Shown in pieces: positions 38,460 through 48,553 of a stretch of DNA of 64,000 bases. The notes under the pieces were generated by a model. It was not told the origin of the DNA and ran no database searches. It saw nothing but the letters and a program-made list of their open reading frames with translations. The DNA comes from Candidatus Heimdallarchaeota archaeon (GTDB lineage Archaea; Asgardarchaeota; Heimdallarchaeia; Hodarchaeales; Hodarchaeaceae). Position 1 is the stretch's first letter; each line of letters opens with the position of its first letter. Location of the stretch: assembly GCA_020353515.1 (NCBI GenBank), contig CP070695.1:1570100-1634099 (forward strand), given 5' to 3'. Both the position numbers and the translations under genes were made by a program.

Positions 38460-39224
38460 TTATTTCATTCTTTTAACGAGAAATCGGAAACCTTGAGAGC
38501 CGTGTTCCTCAGAGACTAACAGTTCCTGGCCAGTAACACGAGCCCAGGCTGGAATGTCACGCCGACTCCCTGGATCAGTGGTTAGAATTTCTAATACCTG
38601 ACCTACGTTTAAAGTTTTCAAGATTTTCTTAGATTTTAAGACAGGTTGAGGACAGCTTAAACCACGGGCATCTACAGTATGATGGACTTCACCTCTATAT
38701 TTTTTATCTAAAGGAGGTATTTCTTCGATTTTTTTAGATCCTTCATCGAAAGAACCAAGTTTAATCTCTTCAATGGGAAGTTCTGCTTCAGTTGTTTTGA
38801 TTAGAGGGTATCCTTTTTTGTGCCACTGTTTTATACCCCCCTTTAGACTTTTTACATCTTGAAAGTCGGCCTCAATCATAATTTCGACTGCTACCAAAGA
38901 CATTCCACCACCCTGACAAATTGTGACAATTTCTTTGTCTTTAAATTCTTGAAGATCCTCGAAATGAGATGAAAGTTCCATTAGGCGGATCCACTTTGAA
39001 TTCGGGATATGTCCATATTTTTCATATTTGTATTCTCCATCACCATAAAATTCTACTAAATCTCGTAGATCAAGTAATATAGGTAGGCTATTAGAATTTA
39101 ACCGATCGTATACTTCATCAACAGTAATTTCAGAAATCTCTGGTAAATACCACCCCCGTTTTATAATGGACCACAGCCATAATCTCAAAAGTTTGAGGAA
39201 CATCCTACGCTTACTTATTTTCAT
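38460..39224 (-). CDS. Rhodanese-TusA fusion sulfurtransferase
   Basis: GHIPNS, ICQGGGMS, LKGGIKQW; C-terminal DARGLSCPQP...DIPAW. Confidence 0.9.
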   Translation of the reverse strand: MKISKRRMFLKLLRLWLWSIIKRGWYLPEISEITVDEVYDRLNSNSLPILLDLRDLVEFYGDGEYKYEKYGHIPNSKWIRLMELSSHFEDLQEFKDKEIVTICQGGGMSLVAVEIMIEADFQDVKSLKGGIKQWHKKGYPLIKTTEAELPIEEIKLGSFDEGSKKIEEIPPLDKKYRGEVHHTVDARGLSCPQPVLKSKKILKTLNVGQVLEILTTDPGSRRDIPAWARVTGQELLVSEEHGSQGFRFLVKRMK

Positions 39225-39462
39225 TTCTAATACCCAAAGAATTCAAATTAAGTCTGGATAAGTTCCATCTATATATGTTCCACAGGTGACTACTGTTCAT
39301 TTTGTAGCTTTAGCAAAAATACGTAATAATGAATGAAAAGATGAGATAAGAAAATTAAGACATATTCCAAGTTTATAAATCACATAACAATAGTTAAGAG
39401 CAGAGAGTGATTATCCTCATTTGAGTAAATAACTGCTAATAAGTAATTTAAAGTGACTAAAA

Positions 39463-39963
39463 ATGGCCGATAAAGTTATTCAAGGCGAAACAAAGTTAAA
39501 AATTGGAGATATAGCTCCAGAATTTGCGCTTCCAGCTCAAGATGGGAAAAAAATCCGCTTATCAGATTATAAAGGCAAGAAGAATGTAATGCTTGCGTTT
39601 TATCCACAGGATTTCACACCTGTCTGTTCTCATCAGCTCCCCTCATACAGTAAGCAAGTTGAAAAATTCGAAAAACTCAATACTCAGGTACTAGCGATCG
39701 GAGTGGCCTCAATTCCAGTCCATATTGCTTGGATTGATAGTCTTGGAGGCCTGGATTATCCTCTTCTTGCTGATTGGGTTCCGTATGCCGAAGTAAGTAA
39801 GAAATACGACGCTTTCATCCCCCGAATTGGTTTTGGGAAGCGAGCTATCTTTATTATCGATAAACAAGGAATCATTCGTTATATTGATATTCCCCACGAA
39901 TTGAATCAAGGTCCCCCAGACGAAGATAAAATTTTCAAGGCTCTTGAAGAGCTACAGGATTAG
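39463..39963 (+). CDS. Peroxiredoxin (AhpE-like, 1-Cys)
   Basis: FYPQDFTPVC (PxxxTxxC), RAIFIIDKQG. Confidence 0.92.
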   Translation: MADKVIQGETKLKIGDIAPEFALPAQDGKKIRLSDYKGKKNVMLAFYPQDFTPVCSHQLPSYSKQVEKFEKLNTQVLAIGVASIPVHIAWIDSLGGLDYPLLADWVPYAEVSKKYDAFIPRIGFGKRAIFIIDKQGIIRYIDIPHELNQGPPDEDKIFKALEELQD

Positions 39964-40001
39964 TTTTTTCCTTTCTTCCTTTTTTATCTCAAAGAGGGTT
40001 G

Positions 40002-41225
40002 CTAGTCAGAACTTAGTATCGATCTTGCTATTTTTTGCCCTAATTCCTCTCCTTTTTTCAAATCTTCCTCAGATGGACCACCAATAAAATCGAACGCTTT
40101 TAGGACTGACCATTTTAACTTTTCAGCAATTTTCTCAAAATCCCTTTTTGCGCCGTCATTCCATCCGTAAGAGCCGAAAAAGGCTGTTTTTTTATTGTAA
40201 ACTCTTTTTCGCAAGGCTATATCCAGAATATATGCAATTGGAGGAAATAGATTAACCTCATAGGTTGGAGCTCCAATGATAACTCCTTTATATCTCCAAA
40301 GATAGGGTAGAATGAAAGAGACATGTGTTCGTGCAGCATCGAAGATTTTTAGAGGTATTCCAGTTTTTCCAATTCCTTGGGCAATAGCATTCATCATTTT
40401 ATTTGTATTACCATACATAGAGGCATAAATGAGTGTGATCCCTGCTTCACCACCAGTGGGGTCATCTGCATACTCAGCCCACCGTTTATAGAGTTCGACT
40501 ATACGATCAGGGTTTCTCCTCCATATCAGGCCATGACTAGGTGCGATCATTGAGATTTCTAATCCTTCTAATGAATTAATAGCCTTAATTACGAATCTGG
40601 AAAACTTAGCTACAATGTTTGTATAATAACGTAAAGCTTCTTCTTCATAGAAGTTTTGGTCAACACCTACGTCATCATCAAAAATTTTTCCACTTAATGC
40701 TCCGTAACTTCCGAATGCATCGCAAGAGAATAATATCTGAGAGTTCTTCTCATAAGTAACCATTGTTTCTGGCCAATGTACAAATGGGGCATCATAGAAC
40801 ACCAGTTCATGATTTCCTAAGTTAATTTCGTCACCATTGGAGACTACATTCCATTTAATATTCTTTGTATCCTCCAGCTGATAGAAATCTGCAATCATCT
40901 TTCTAGCTTTTTCAGTACCCACAAATATAGCATTAGGAGCTAATTTTGACATTATTTTGATTAATCCAGTATGATCAGGTTCTACATGGTTGATGATGAT
41001 ATAATCAATTTGGGAAGGTTCTACAACTTCTTCAACTTGGCTTAGGTAATCATCCGTTTTTATCCCTTTAGCCAAATCTATTAATGCGATCTTCTCTCCT
41101 TTAATGATATAGCTATTATATGAGACTCCAACATCATTTATTGGCCATAGGCCTTCAAAAAGATCTGTTGTCCGATCATTCACTCCAATCCAAAAAATTG
41201 TCTCATTTAGCTTAATCGCTGGCAA
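40002..41225 (-). CDS. fprA: Flavodiiron protein (O2/NO reductase)
   Basis: HVEPDH, HWPETM, SCDAFG, PSHG, SMYGNT. Confidence 0.95.
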   Translation of the reverse strand: MPAIKLNETIFWIGVNDRTTDLFEGLWPINDVGVSYNSYIIKGEKIALIDLAKGIKTDDYLSQVEEVVEPSQIDYIIINHVEPDHTGLIKIMSKLAPNAIFVGTEKARKMIADFYQLEDTKNIKWNVVSNGDEINLGNHELVFYDAPFVHWPETMVTYEKNSQILFSCDAFGSYGALSGKIFDDDVGVDQNFYEEEALRYYTNIVAKFSRFVIKAINSLEGLEISMIAPSHGLIWRRNPDRIVELYKRWAEYADDPTGGEAGITLIYASMYGNTNKMMNAIAQGIGKTGIPLKIFDAARTHVSFILPYLWRYKGVIIGAPTYEVNLFPPIAYILDIALRKRVYNKKTAFFGSYGWNDGAKRDFEKIAEKLKWSVLKAFDFIGGPSEEDLKKGEELGQKIARSILSSD

Positions 41226-41314
41226 AATAAATATACTCCTTATCTATAATAATATTCTTTACACAAACATAAGAGAATTTGTGTTTAATGGATTTTTAGT
41301 AAGCTTTTGATCAA

Positions 41315-41452
41315 TTAATCTATTTTTGAAAAATCTTCCTTACCTACTCCACAATCAGGACAAGTCCAGTCATCTGGAAGTTCTAAAAATGGTAACCCTT
41401 CTTCTTCTTCATCATAAACATAACCACAAATGTCACATTCCCATTTAGCCAT
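41315..41452 (-). CDS. rub: Rubredoxin (45 aa; not in ORF track)
   Basis: [45 protein letters not shown]; AGGTGA RBS. Confidence 0.95.
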   Translation of the reverse strand: MAKWECDICGYVYDEEEEGLPFLELPDDWTCPDCGVGKEDFSKID

Positions 41453-41751
41453 AATAATCACCTTTGATTAACAATCGATTTATTTTTCCGAGTTTAACCG
41501 TCTTTTATATTAAATAGGAGGATTTAGAAAAGCCTCGTTGGGTGACCTCATTATTCAAGTTCTTTTAATAATAATTTCGGTTGAATGTCTAAGAGATTTA
41601 ATTATTTTCCAGAACATCTTTTTGACCTTAATTTATTCGATGTATAACAAATAGATTATGGAAATTAAAACGGAACAGTTTTTTACTTATAGAGAATTCC
41701 ATTAAAACACTGAAAAACGCTTGTCTTTTATCTTCTGTTACGGCAAATAGT

Positions 41752-42078
41752 ATGAGTAGTTTGATAATGTCATTAGATTCGATTAAAATCCCTGATGAAA
41801 TTAAAACTGTTGAAGGTACTAAAGAACAATCCAGTGAGATCTTTCTTTTCGCAATCTCTACATGTATGTGGTGTAAAAAAGGTAAACGATGGCTGAACAA
41901 GCATGGATATCGCTACTCGTATCTTGATATCGATAAGATTCCCGTAAAGAAAAAGAATCAGTTGAAAAAAGATATCGAAAAAGTCTTTGGAGTTAAACCA
42001 AGATTTCCTTTTCTTATTGTTAATAAGATGCAATATGATTCAGGATATAATCCAGATATATGGGAGGACTTAATTTAA
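41752..42078 (+). CDS. Glutaredoxin-like protein
   Basis: STCMWCKK, FP cis-Pro; adjacent to FTR. Confidence 0.85.
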   Translation: MSSLIMSLDSIKIPDEIKTVEGTKEQSSEIFLFAISTCMWCKKGKRWLNKHGYRYSYLDIDKIPVKKKNQLKKDIEKVFGVKPRFPFLIVNKMQYDSGYNPDIWEDLI

Positions 42079-42407
42079 TGACCATGAAATCCATTGCGGA
42101 TGTTCAGAAATATGTGATGAAAATTTCTGAGCGTAATGGCTGGAATTTAAATTCTGACGAAGAAACCCTGAATGACTTGATCGAAGGATTAATGGAAAAC
42201 TTTAATCGGTTAGGATACTATAATTGCCCATGTCGGGATAGTCAAGAAGACCGTCAACTTGATAGAGATATTATTTGTCCTTGTAGATATGCTGAACCAG
42301 ATCTTGCAGAATTTGGTTATTGTTACTGCACACTTTATTCTAAAGCTGATTATGATCAAACCCAACCCATGAAAATGATTCCTGAAAGACGGCCTCCAGT
42401 TCTATAA
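42078..42407 (+). CDS. Ferredoxin:thioredoxin reductase catalytic subunit-like protein
   Basis: CPCR, ICPC, CYC motifs; ATG 42078 overlaps the upstream stop. Confidence 0.9.
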   Translation: MTMKSIADVQKYVMKISERNGWNLNSDEETLNDLIEGLMENFNRLGYYNCPCRDSQEDRQLDRDIICPCRYAEPDLAEFGYCYCTLYSKADYDQTQPMKMIPERRPPVL

Positions 42408-42414
42408 CTTTTAC

Positions 42415-43611
42415 TCAACTTAGCTCTGGTAGAACTTCTTTTATCTTGGTTTCATGATCAGAAACGGATTTTTCTTCAGTAAAAATGGTTTTAATTGTTG
42501 GGATAGCCTTTTTAACGCCTAATATAATTGCAGCTTTGATTTTATCATTGTGAATAAAGAGTTTAACATATTCCTCTTCATTGATGTATTTTCTTACACC
42601 ATAACCTAATTCGGATTCTTTACCTGTATAACCAAAAGAACTCAAAAACAAATCAGTTACTTTTAGAGTGGAAGAGATTTTCGAACCCTTATATCTAGTG
42701 TCCATATTAATCATATTGTGAGCCGCGATTCTTGCTTGCTGAATACTGGGCGGAATTAGACCATAAACAATTCCATTATGCTCTGCACAATCTCCTGCAG
42801 CGAAAATATCTTCTTGGGATGTTTCTAAGTAATCATTAACAATAATTCCCCTGTTAATTTCTAAAAAATCTCGTCCTAAATCTACTCTAGGTTTAATACC
42901 TGTACATACCATTACTATATCAGTTGATATCTCCACGCCGTCTTTGGTAATGACTGCTTGTACTTCTTCTTCTCCAATAACTCTCTGAACTTCCTTGTTC
43001 ACATGGATCGTGATACCACGTTTTTCTAGTATCCTTTTGAGGATGTTTCCTCCTTCCTCATCCAATTGTCTTGGCAGGAGATGAGGAAAGAATTCGATTA
43101 CAGTTGTATTTTGGCCCTGATTGGTAGCTGCATTGGCAATTTCAAGACCAAGAACTCCTCCTCCAATAATTATTGCTTTTTTACTTATTTTGAATCGCTT
43201 ACGAATTTCTAATGCATCGTTGAGACTTCTTACCGAGTAAAAGTGTTTCAAATGCCTTCCTTCAATAGGAGGACACCAACAATCTCCCCCAGTAGCAATT
43301 AACAATCGATCGAAAGGATAAGCTGCTTTGTTTGATAATACTTCATTCATTTCAAAATTAATTTTCTCTACTTTCTCTTGAATATGTAAATCTACATCTA
43401 ATTTCTTGTACCAATCAAGATTATAAGCAATGGTGTCTTCAATAGTCATTTCATTCTTTTCAATAAACGCTGGAATTTTTGGACGGTTATAAAATCCTGG
43501 AAAGGGTTCGTCAGTAAATTGGAGTACAGTCGAATTGGAGGGTTTCTCCTTCGACAATACTTGAATAGCAGAAACTCCAGCTACTCCATTGCCTATAACT
43601 ACGTATTTCAT
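42415..43611 (-). CDS. NAD(P)H:rubredoxin oxidoreductase-like FAD enzyme
   Basis: IGNGVAG, YNRP, ATG, IGGGVLGLE, FAAGDCAE. Confidence 0.85.
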   Translation of the reverse strand: MKYVVIGNGVAGVSAIQVLSKEKPSNSTVLQFTDEPFPGFYNRPKIPAFIEKNEMTIEDTIAYNLDWYKKLDVDLHIQEKVEKINFEMNEVLSNKAAYPFDRLLIATGGDCWCPPIEGRHLKHFYSVRSLNDALEIRKRFKISKKAIIIGGGVLGLEIANAATNQGQNTTVIEFFPHLLPRQLDEEGGNILKRILEKRGITIHVNKEVQRVIGEEEVQAVITKDGVEISTDIVMVCTGIKPRVDLGRDFLEINRGIIVNDYLETSQEDIFAAGDCAEHNGIVYGLIPPSIQQARIAAHNMINMDTRYKGSKISSTLKVTDLFLSSFGYTGKESELGYGVRKYINEEEYVKLFIHNDKIKAAIILGVKKAIPTIKTIFTEEKSVSDHETKIKEVLPELS

Positions 43612-43717
43612 TATAATCGTGATTTGATAGAGAATAAATTCCCCTTAATAAGTATATAGCCAGATAATCTAAGTGAAAAAAATAGGGGGTTCTCTAATAA
43701 TGACCTAAAAATCCTTA

Positions 43718-44068
43718 TTAGAGAGGTTGATCGTTTCTCCAGAAGCCATGAATATTGCAGAACGAGAACGCAATTAATGTTCCAGGCTTGTTTGTTTTAA
43801 TAGAAAAGAATCCCTTAGGTTCAGTTTGGCCAGCTTCACCGTGGGAGTTAAATTCAATCTTCCCGATTTCGACAGGAAATTTTTCCCCTTCAGGATGGAA
43901 AAGGAGTTGGATCCATCGAATGTGATGTTCGACGGTGTTAGGATGTTCAATTTCCTTTCCCACACTGACTTCAACCAATACTGGATCTCTACTCTTCACT
44001 TCAATGACTGGAGCGTGTTTTTCCTTCTTCCAATCAGCTGATTGAAAAAGTTCGTTATAATCTACCAT
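43718..44068 (-). CDS. sor: Superoxide reductase (1Fe, neelaredoxin type)
   Basis: KEKHAP, HPNTVEHHIRWI, FCNIHG. Confidence 0.93.
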   Translation of the reverse strand: MVDYNELFQSADWKKEKHAPVIEVKSRDPVLVEVSVGKEIEHPNTVEHHIRWIQLLFHPEGEKFPVEIGKIEFNSHGEAGQTEPKGFFSIKTNKPGTLIAFSFCNIHGFWRNDQPL

Positions 44069-44125
44069 ATTACACACCTTTAAAGCATTTTGAATTTGTT
44101 TTGTATCTACAAGTTTTTGAAGGAT

Positions 44126-44611
44126 CTATTCTTCGTTTCTTACGGTATGTTGATCAAAAAGCATATCATTCTTGAAAGCAGCTTGTCTCTCCACTAATTC
44201 GGAGGCGCTAGCCTCTTCTTCGATCTGTTCTGTAACAAACCACTGTAGTAGTTCTCTGGGATTATAGTCTTTCAACTCTTCTGCCAGAGTCACTAACTCA
44301 TGTATTTTCCCTGTTATATACTGTTCGTGTGCATAGCCAGTTTCTAAAATTTCTTTAACTGATTCCCAATCAGATTTGGGTTCAGGAATCGCAGGAATTT
44401 TAGCGGTTCCGCCTACATCAATGATATAATTAATAAATTTGTAAGCATGGGAAAGTTCTTCATTGTATTGGGTAAAATACCAGCTAGACAGTTTGTTATA
44501 TGAATGTTCTTTCAACCAAATACTCGCACTCAAATAGATGTAAGCAGAATTCAGTTCTTCTCCAATTTGGGCATTTAAAGCTTCATTAAATTTTTCACTA
44601 ATCAGAGCCAT
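44126..44611 (-). CDS. ftnA: Ferritin
   Basis: ELNSAYIY, EELSHA, HEQYIT, QWFVTEQIEEE. Confidence 0.93.
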   Translation of the reverse strand: MALISEKFNEALNAQIGEELNSAYIYLSASIWLKEHSYNKLSSWYFTQYNEELSHAYKFINYIIDVGGTAKIPAIPEPKSDWESVKEILETGYAHEQYITGKIHELVTLAEELKDYNPRELLQWFVTEQIEEEASASELVERQAAFKNDMLFDQHTVRNEE

Positions 44612-44896
44612 ATTTTTTCGCCTCTCGTTATTTCTTCGACGTTTTTCTTCTATAAATTCTTGACTTACTCAAGACTTAATATAGAATTAGGTGATGAATT
44701 CGAATATTCCTATTTTATCAAACTCTTATTGTTCTAAGTCCATTTTATACAATTTTCCTAGAAAATATAATGAGTACTGGTTCGATAAAAATTAACCAAG
44801 AAATAGAAAAAGAGGCCTTCGAATCGAATGCTGATAGATAACAAAGTTCGATCTTTGAATTTTTAAATAAAAACCTTTCAAAATCTTAAAGGAAAC

Positions 44897-45128
44897 GTGT
44901 TGCAAGTGACTATGGATGATTATGACATTTTGACTGCTCTACAAAATGCCTCTGACATATCCTATGTAGAATTAGGTCAGAAATTTAATGTTTCAGACGT
45001 TGCTATCAGGAAAAGGGTAAAGAAGCTCCGAAAACAAGCGATAATGATGATTTAACATCACCAAATTAGAAGGATTGCATGGCGTTACCAGAGTATGTCC
45101 TGCTACAGTCATTCAAAGAATTAAATGA
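44897..45128 (+). pseudogene. LrpA-like regulator pseudogene with internal deletion and frameshift
   Basis: HTH (DYDILTAL...SYVELGQKFNVSDVAIRKRVKKL) ends at TAA 45053-45055; the C-terminal KLEGLHGVTRVCPATVIQRIK follows in another frame to 45128. Confidence 0.75.
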
Positions 45129-45316
45129 TTAATATCTCATTATTTGGATCATAAATAAATTAGGTCAAATAAAAATTGAATTACAATAATAATTCAGGAG
45201 TTTTTAGTCAATAGTTTTATTTCCTTTGGGTAATAAGATTTTGATAAAAACAAAGAACAATTTAAGAATTAATAGAGGAAAAATTGATCTAACCCATCTA
45301 TAGAGGAGACTTAATT

Positions 45317-45793
45317 ATGAACACTCAAGAACGTGTTGAATTTTATAAAAATCAGATCAAATTAGAGGAAAAGATAGTAGAATCAGCTGAAACGTCAGTT
45401 AGAGATGTATCAAATGTTATGGTCAAAGAACTGATTCTGGGGATTGCCATGGATTCTAATAAACATTCTTCTTTATTGAATGCACTCATTGCTTTAAACA
45501 CAGGGACAACTCCTTTGATTTCAGAAGAAATAACAGATCACCTTAAAGCGAATATTGAAAAGCATATTGAGTTGGAACAGCAAGCCATAGACACCTATAA
45601 GGCGTTTTGGAAAGAATTGGATGATGAGAAAGAAAAAGTGGTTGTTAAGGCGATCTTAAACGACGAAATTCGTCATCATCAGCTCCTAAAACGACTTCAT
45701 GAAATGATAGTTGAAAAGGAAGCACTCACCGAGCAAGATATTTGGGATTGGACTTGGAAAGATTCTCTCTTCCACGGATCACCTGGCGGATAA
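45317..45793 (+). CDS. Ferritin-like (rubrerythrin-fold) di-iron protein
   Basis: DSNKH, HIELE, DEIRHH; WKDSLFHGSPGG end. Confidence 0.8.
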   Translation: MNTQERVEFYKNQIKLEEKIVESAETSVRDVSNVMVKELILGIAMDSNKHSSLLNALIALNTGTTPLISEEITDHLKANIEKHIELEQQAIDTYKAFWKELDDEKEKVVVKAILNDEIRHHQLLKRLHEMIVEKEALTEQDIWDWTWKDSLFHGSPGG

Positions 45794-45855
45794 ATCTGAT
45801 AATCTCATTTACATATTTACATCTCAAAATTGCATTAACACCGAGATGAGGTTTA

Positions 45856-47028
45856 ATGATCGATTTTAGTTTAACCGAGGAACAGAAAAAACTTCAGTTA
45901 AAGGCTCGAGAATTTGCGATAAATGAGATAATTCCCATCTCAAGAAAATATGATCAATCAGGGGAATTTCCTCAAGATGTTCTCCAAAAAGCCTTCGATC
46001 AAGGATTAATGAATACAATTTTTCCCAAAAAAATAGGAGGACCTGGATTAGGGATATTAGACACTTGTTTGATAGTAGAGGAAACAGCTGCAGCAGATCC
46101 AGGGATCACTACAAGTCTATTTGATAATTGTCTTGGTGCTGAACCCATTCTAATTGGAGGTACCAAAGAGCAGATTAATCGTTTTCTTAAACCGTTAACT
46201 GAAGAATTAAAATTTATTGCTTTTGCCACCAGTGAACCAGGAATGGGATCTGATGTCGCGGGTTTAACTGCGACCGCTCGCGTGGAAGGCGACGAGCTTA
46301 TCTTAAATGGTCGGAAAATGTGGGTCACGAACGGAGGAGTAGCTTCTCTACTAAGCACATTCTGTCGTTTAGAAGGAACAAAGAGACATGAAGGCATTAC
46401 TGGGATTGTTGTTCCGATGAATACCGAAGGAGTGAAGGTTGGAAAACCAATTCCAAAAATGGGTCATAGAGCTTCAAATACCGTAATGGTTCGATTTGAT
46501 GAAGCACGAGTTCCTTTAGAGAATATACTTGGAGAGCTAGGAAAAGGATTTCCTATAGCAATACAAACCTTCGCGCACACTCGTCCTACAATTGGTGCAT
46601 TTGCGTGTGGGATGGCTAGAGCAAGTATGGAGTACGCTATTGCATATGCAAAACGTAGAAAAGCTTTTGACTCTAAGATAGCCAATTTTCAAGCAATTCA
46701 ATTCATGATTGCAGATATGAAAATTAATGTGGATGCTGCACGTTTATTAACATGGAAGGCAGCTTGGGAGGCAGATCAAGGACGAGATAACACTATTTCA
46801 GCGAGTATAGCTAAAGCTTTCGCCACAGATTCTGGGATGAAGACTGCATCTGATGCTCTCCAAATTTTCGGAGGATATGGTTATACGACTAATTATTTAG
46901 TAGAGAAGCTATTTAGAGATGCAAAACTCTACCAGATATACGAGGGAACTAGTCAGATCCAACGAATGGTTATCGGAAGGTATATGCTCTCACGATATAC
47001 CCCTATATTCGATAAAACATTAACCTGA
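45856..47028 (+). CDS. Acyl-CoA dehydrogenase
   Basis: FATSEPGMGSD, LNGRKMWVTNG, QIFGGYGY, IYEGTSQIQR. Confidence 0.95.
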   Translation: MIDFSLTEEQKKLQLKAREFAINEIIPISRKYDQSGEFPQDVLQKAFDQGLMNTIFPKKIGGPGLGILDTCLIVEETAAADPGITTSLFDNCLGAEPILIGGTKEQINRFLKPLTEELKFIAFATSEPGMGSDVAGLTATARVEGDELILNGRKMWVTNGGVASLLSTFCRLEGTKRHEGITGIVVPMNTEGVKVGKPIPKMGHRASNTVMVRFDEARVPLENILGELGKGFPIAIQTFAHTRPTIGAFACGMARASMEYAIAYAKRRKAFDSKIANFQAIQFMIADMKINVDAARLLTWKAAWEADQGRDNTISASIAKAFATDSGMKTASDALQIFGGYGYTTNYLVEKLFRDAKLYQIYEGTSQIQRMVIGRYMLSRYTPIFDKTLT

Positions 47029-47043
47029 TGGAGAGTAACATTA

Positions 47044-47781
47044 ATGAATTTCATTCAAAAACGTCTTCTGATTTTTGTAGCCCTCTTGACAATATTCAGT
47101 TTTATTGGGCCAATTGAAACAAGTTTTTCTGTTAATGAGATCACTATTAGAAATCAAAAAACTTTGACACCCAATATTGATGGGATTATCGGTACAGATG
47201 AATATATTTCAGAGATTTCTCTCAGTGGTGGAGACTATAAACTTTATTGGCAAATTGAAGGGGATACCATATTCTTGGGTATGGTTGGGAAGACAACAGG
47301 TTGGGTTGCTATTGGGTTTGATCCCACACTGGCTATGCAGGATGCTGATATGATTTTTGGATGGGTTTTAAGTAATAGCTCAGTAATTATCATAGATGCT
47401 TTTTCAACTGGTCCAAACGGTCCTCACCCAGCTGATACAGATTTGGGAGGAAATTCTGATATTTCGGCGTATAATGGAACAGAAGAATCAGGGAACACCA
47501 TCATCGAATTTTCACGTCTTTTAACGACTGGAGACCAATACGATAATGATATTCCAAGCTCTGGAACTTATAATATTATTTGGGCATTGGGAAATACTGA
47601 TGATTTTGGACTAAAACATATACAGAGAGGATCCGCAACAATTAATCTTGGTGAAACTGAGGAATCTACGAAAACCGAGTCTTCATCTTCTCAAAGTGAA
47701 TCCACTACTGGATTTGCATTGACAACGATTTTATTCTTTATCTCCATGCTATTAATCTTACGGAAGACTAATGACTACTGA
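47044..47781 (+). CDS. Surface DOMON domain protein with C-terminal sorting signal
   Basis: GWVAIGF...AMQDADM (Met), LKHIQRG (His), TTGF-TM-RK tail. Confidence 0.88.
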   Translation: MNFIQKRLLIFVALLTIFSFIGPIETSFSVNEITIRNQKTLTPNIDGIIGTDEYISEISLSGGDYKLYWQIEGDTIFLGMVGKTTGWVAIGFDPTLAMQDADMIFGWVLSNSSVIIIDAFSTGPNGPHPADTDLGGNSDISAYNGTEESGNTIIEFSRLLTTGDQYDNDIPSSGTYNIIWALGNTDDFGLKHIQRGSATINLGETEESTKTESSSSQSESTTGFALTTILFFISMLLILRKTNDY

Positions 47782-47888
47782 AATTATGATTCGTGCTCTC
47801 AAGATATGCGTGAAACTTTGATTAACAAAAATTGAAATAAGGGATAATGACTTCTGAAAAGTTAAATATTCATGGAGAGAATTGAAAA

Positions 47889-48473
47889 GTGAATGAAACA
47901 ATACAAAATTTAGCAAAAGCATTTATTGGTGAGAGTCAAGCAAGAAATCGCTATTCTTTTTACTCTAAAATAGCAAAAAAAGAGGGTTATGAACAGATAG
48001 CTGATATTTTCCTTATCACAGCCGATAATGAAAGAGAACACGCAAAATGGTTATTTAGGATGATTAATCAGTTAAAAGAAAACCTTTCCGAGGATATCGA
48101 TGAACTTAATGTTGATGGTACTGTTCCTCTTACTTTAGATAATACTCTTAAAAATTTAGAAGCGGCAATTTCTGGGGAGCGTTACGAAAGGGAAACAATG
48201 TATCCAGAGTTTGCAGCTACAGCTGAACGAGAAGGCTTTTACGATATTGCAACCAGACTAAGAGCCATAGGCAAAGCCGAAGAACATCATGAAGAAAGAT
48301 ATACGAAGTTACTCAAAGAAATTGAGGGTGAAACAGTATTTAAAAAGGTTGGAAAGGTTCAATGGGTATGTAAAAAATGTGGTTATGTTCACGAAGGAGA
48401 AACTCCACCAACTTCCTGTCCTAGTTGTGATCATCCAAGAAACTATTTTGAAATGATGTGTGAACAATATTAG
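47889..48473 (+). CDS. rbr: Rubrerythrin
   Basis: AFIGESQARNRY, EREHA, EEHH, CKKCG..CPSCDH. Confidence 0.95.
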   Translation: MNETIQNLAKAFIGESQARNRYSFYSKIAKKEGYEQIADIFLITADNEREHAKWLFRMINQLKENLSEDIDELNVDGTVPLTLDNTLKNLEAAISGERYERETMYPEFAATAEREGFYDIATRLRAIGKAEEHHEERYTKLLKEIEGETVFKKVGKVQWVCKKCGYVHEGETPPTSCPSCDHPRNYFEMMCEQY

Positions 48474-48553
48474 ATGATCTATAGAAAGAATCGTCTTTCT
48501 TATTATTTCTTTTTTTAAAGAAAACTCTTAAAATAGATTAAATGTGAACTAGA

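Noticed and set aside
45317-45793. Ferritin-like protein as encapsulin cargo or a GG-ending sulfur carrier
   Set aside because: No encapsulin gene or LxVGSL-type targeting peptide, and the fold is helical rather than beta-grasp.
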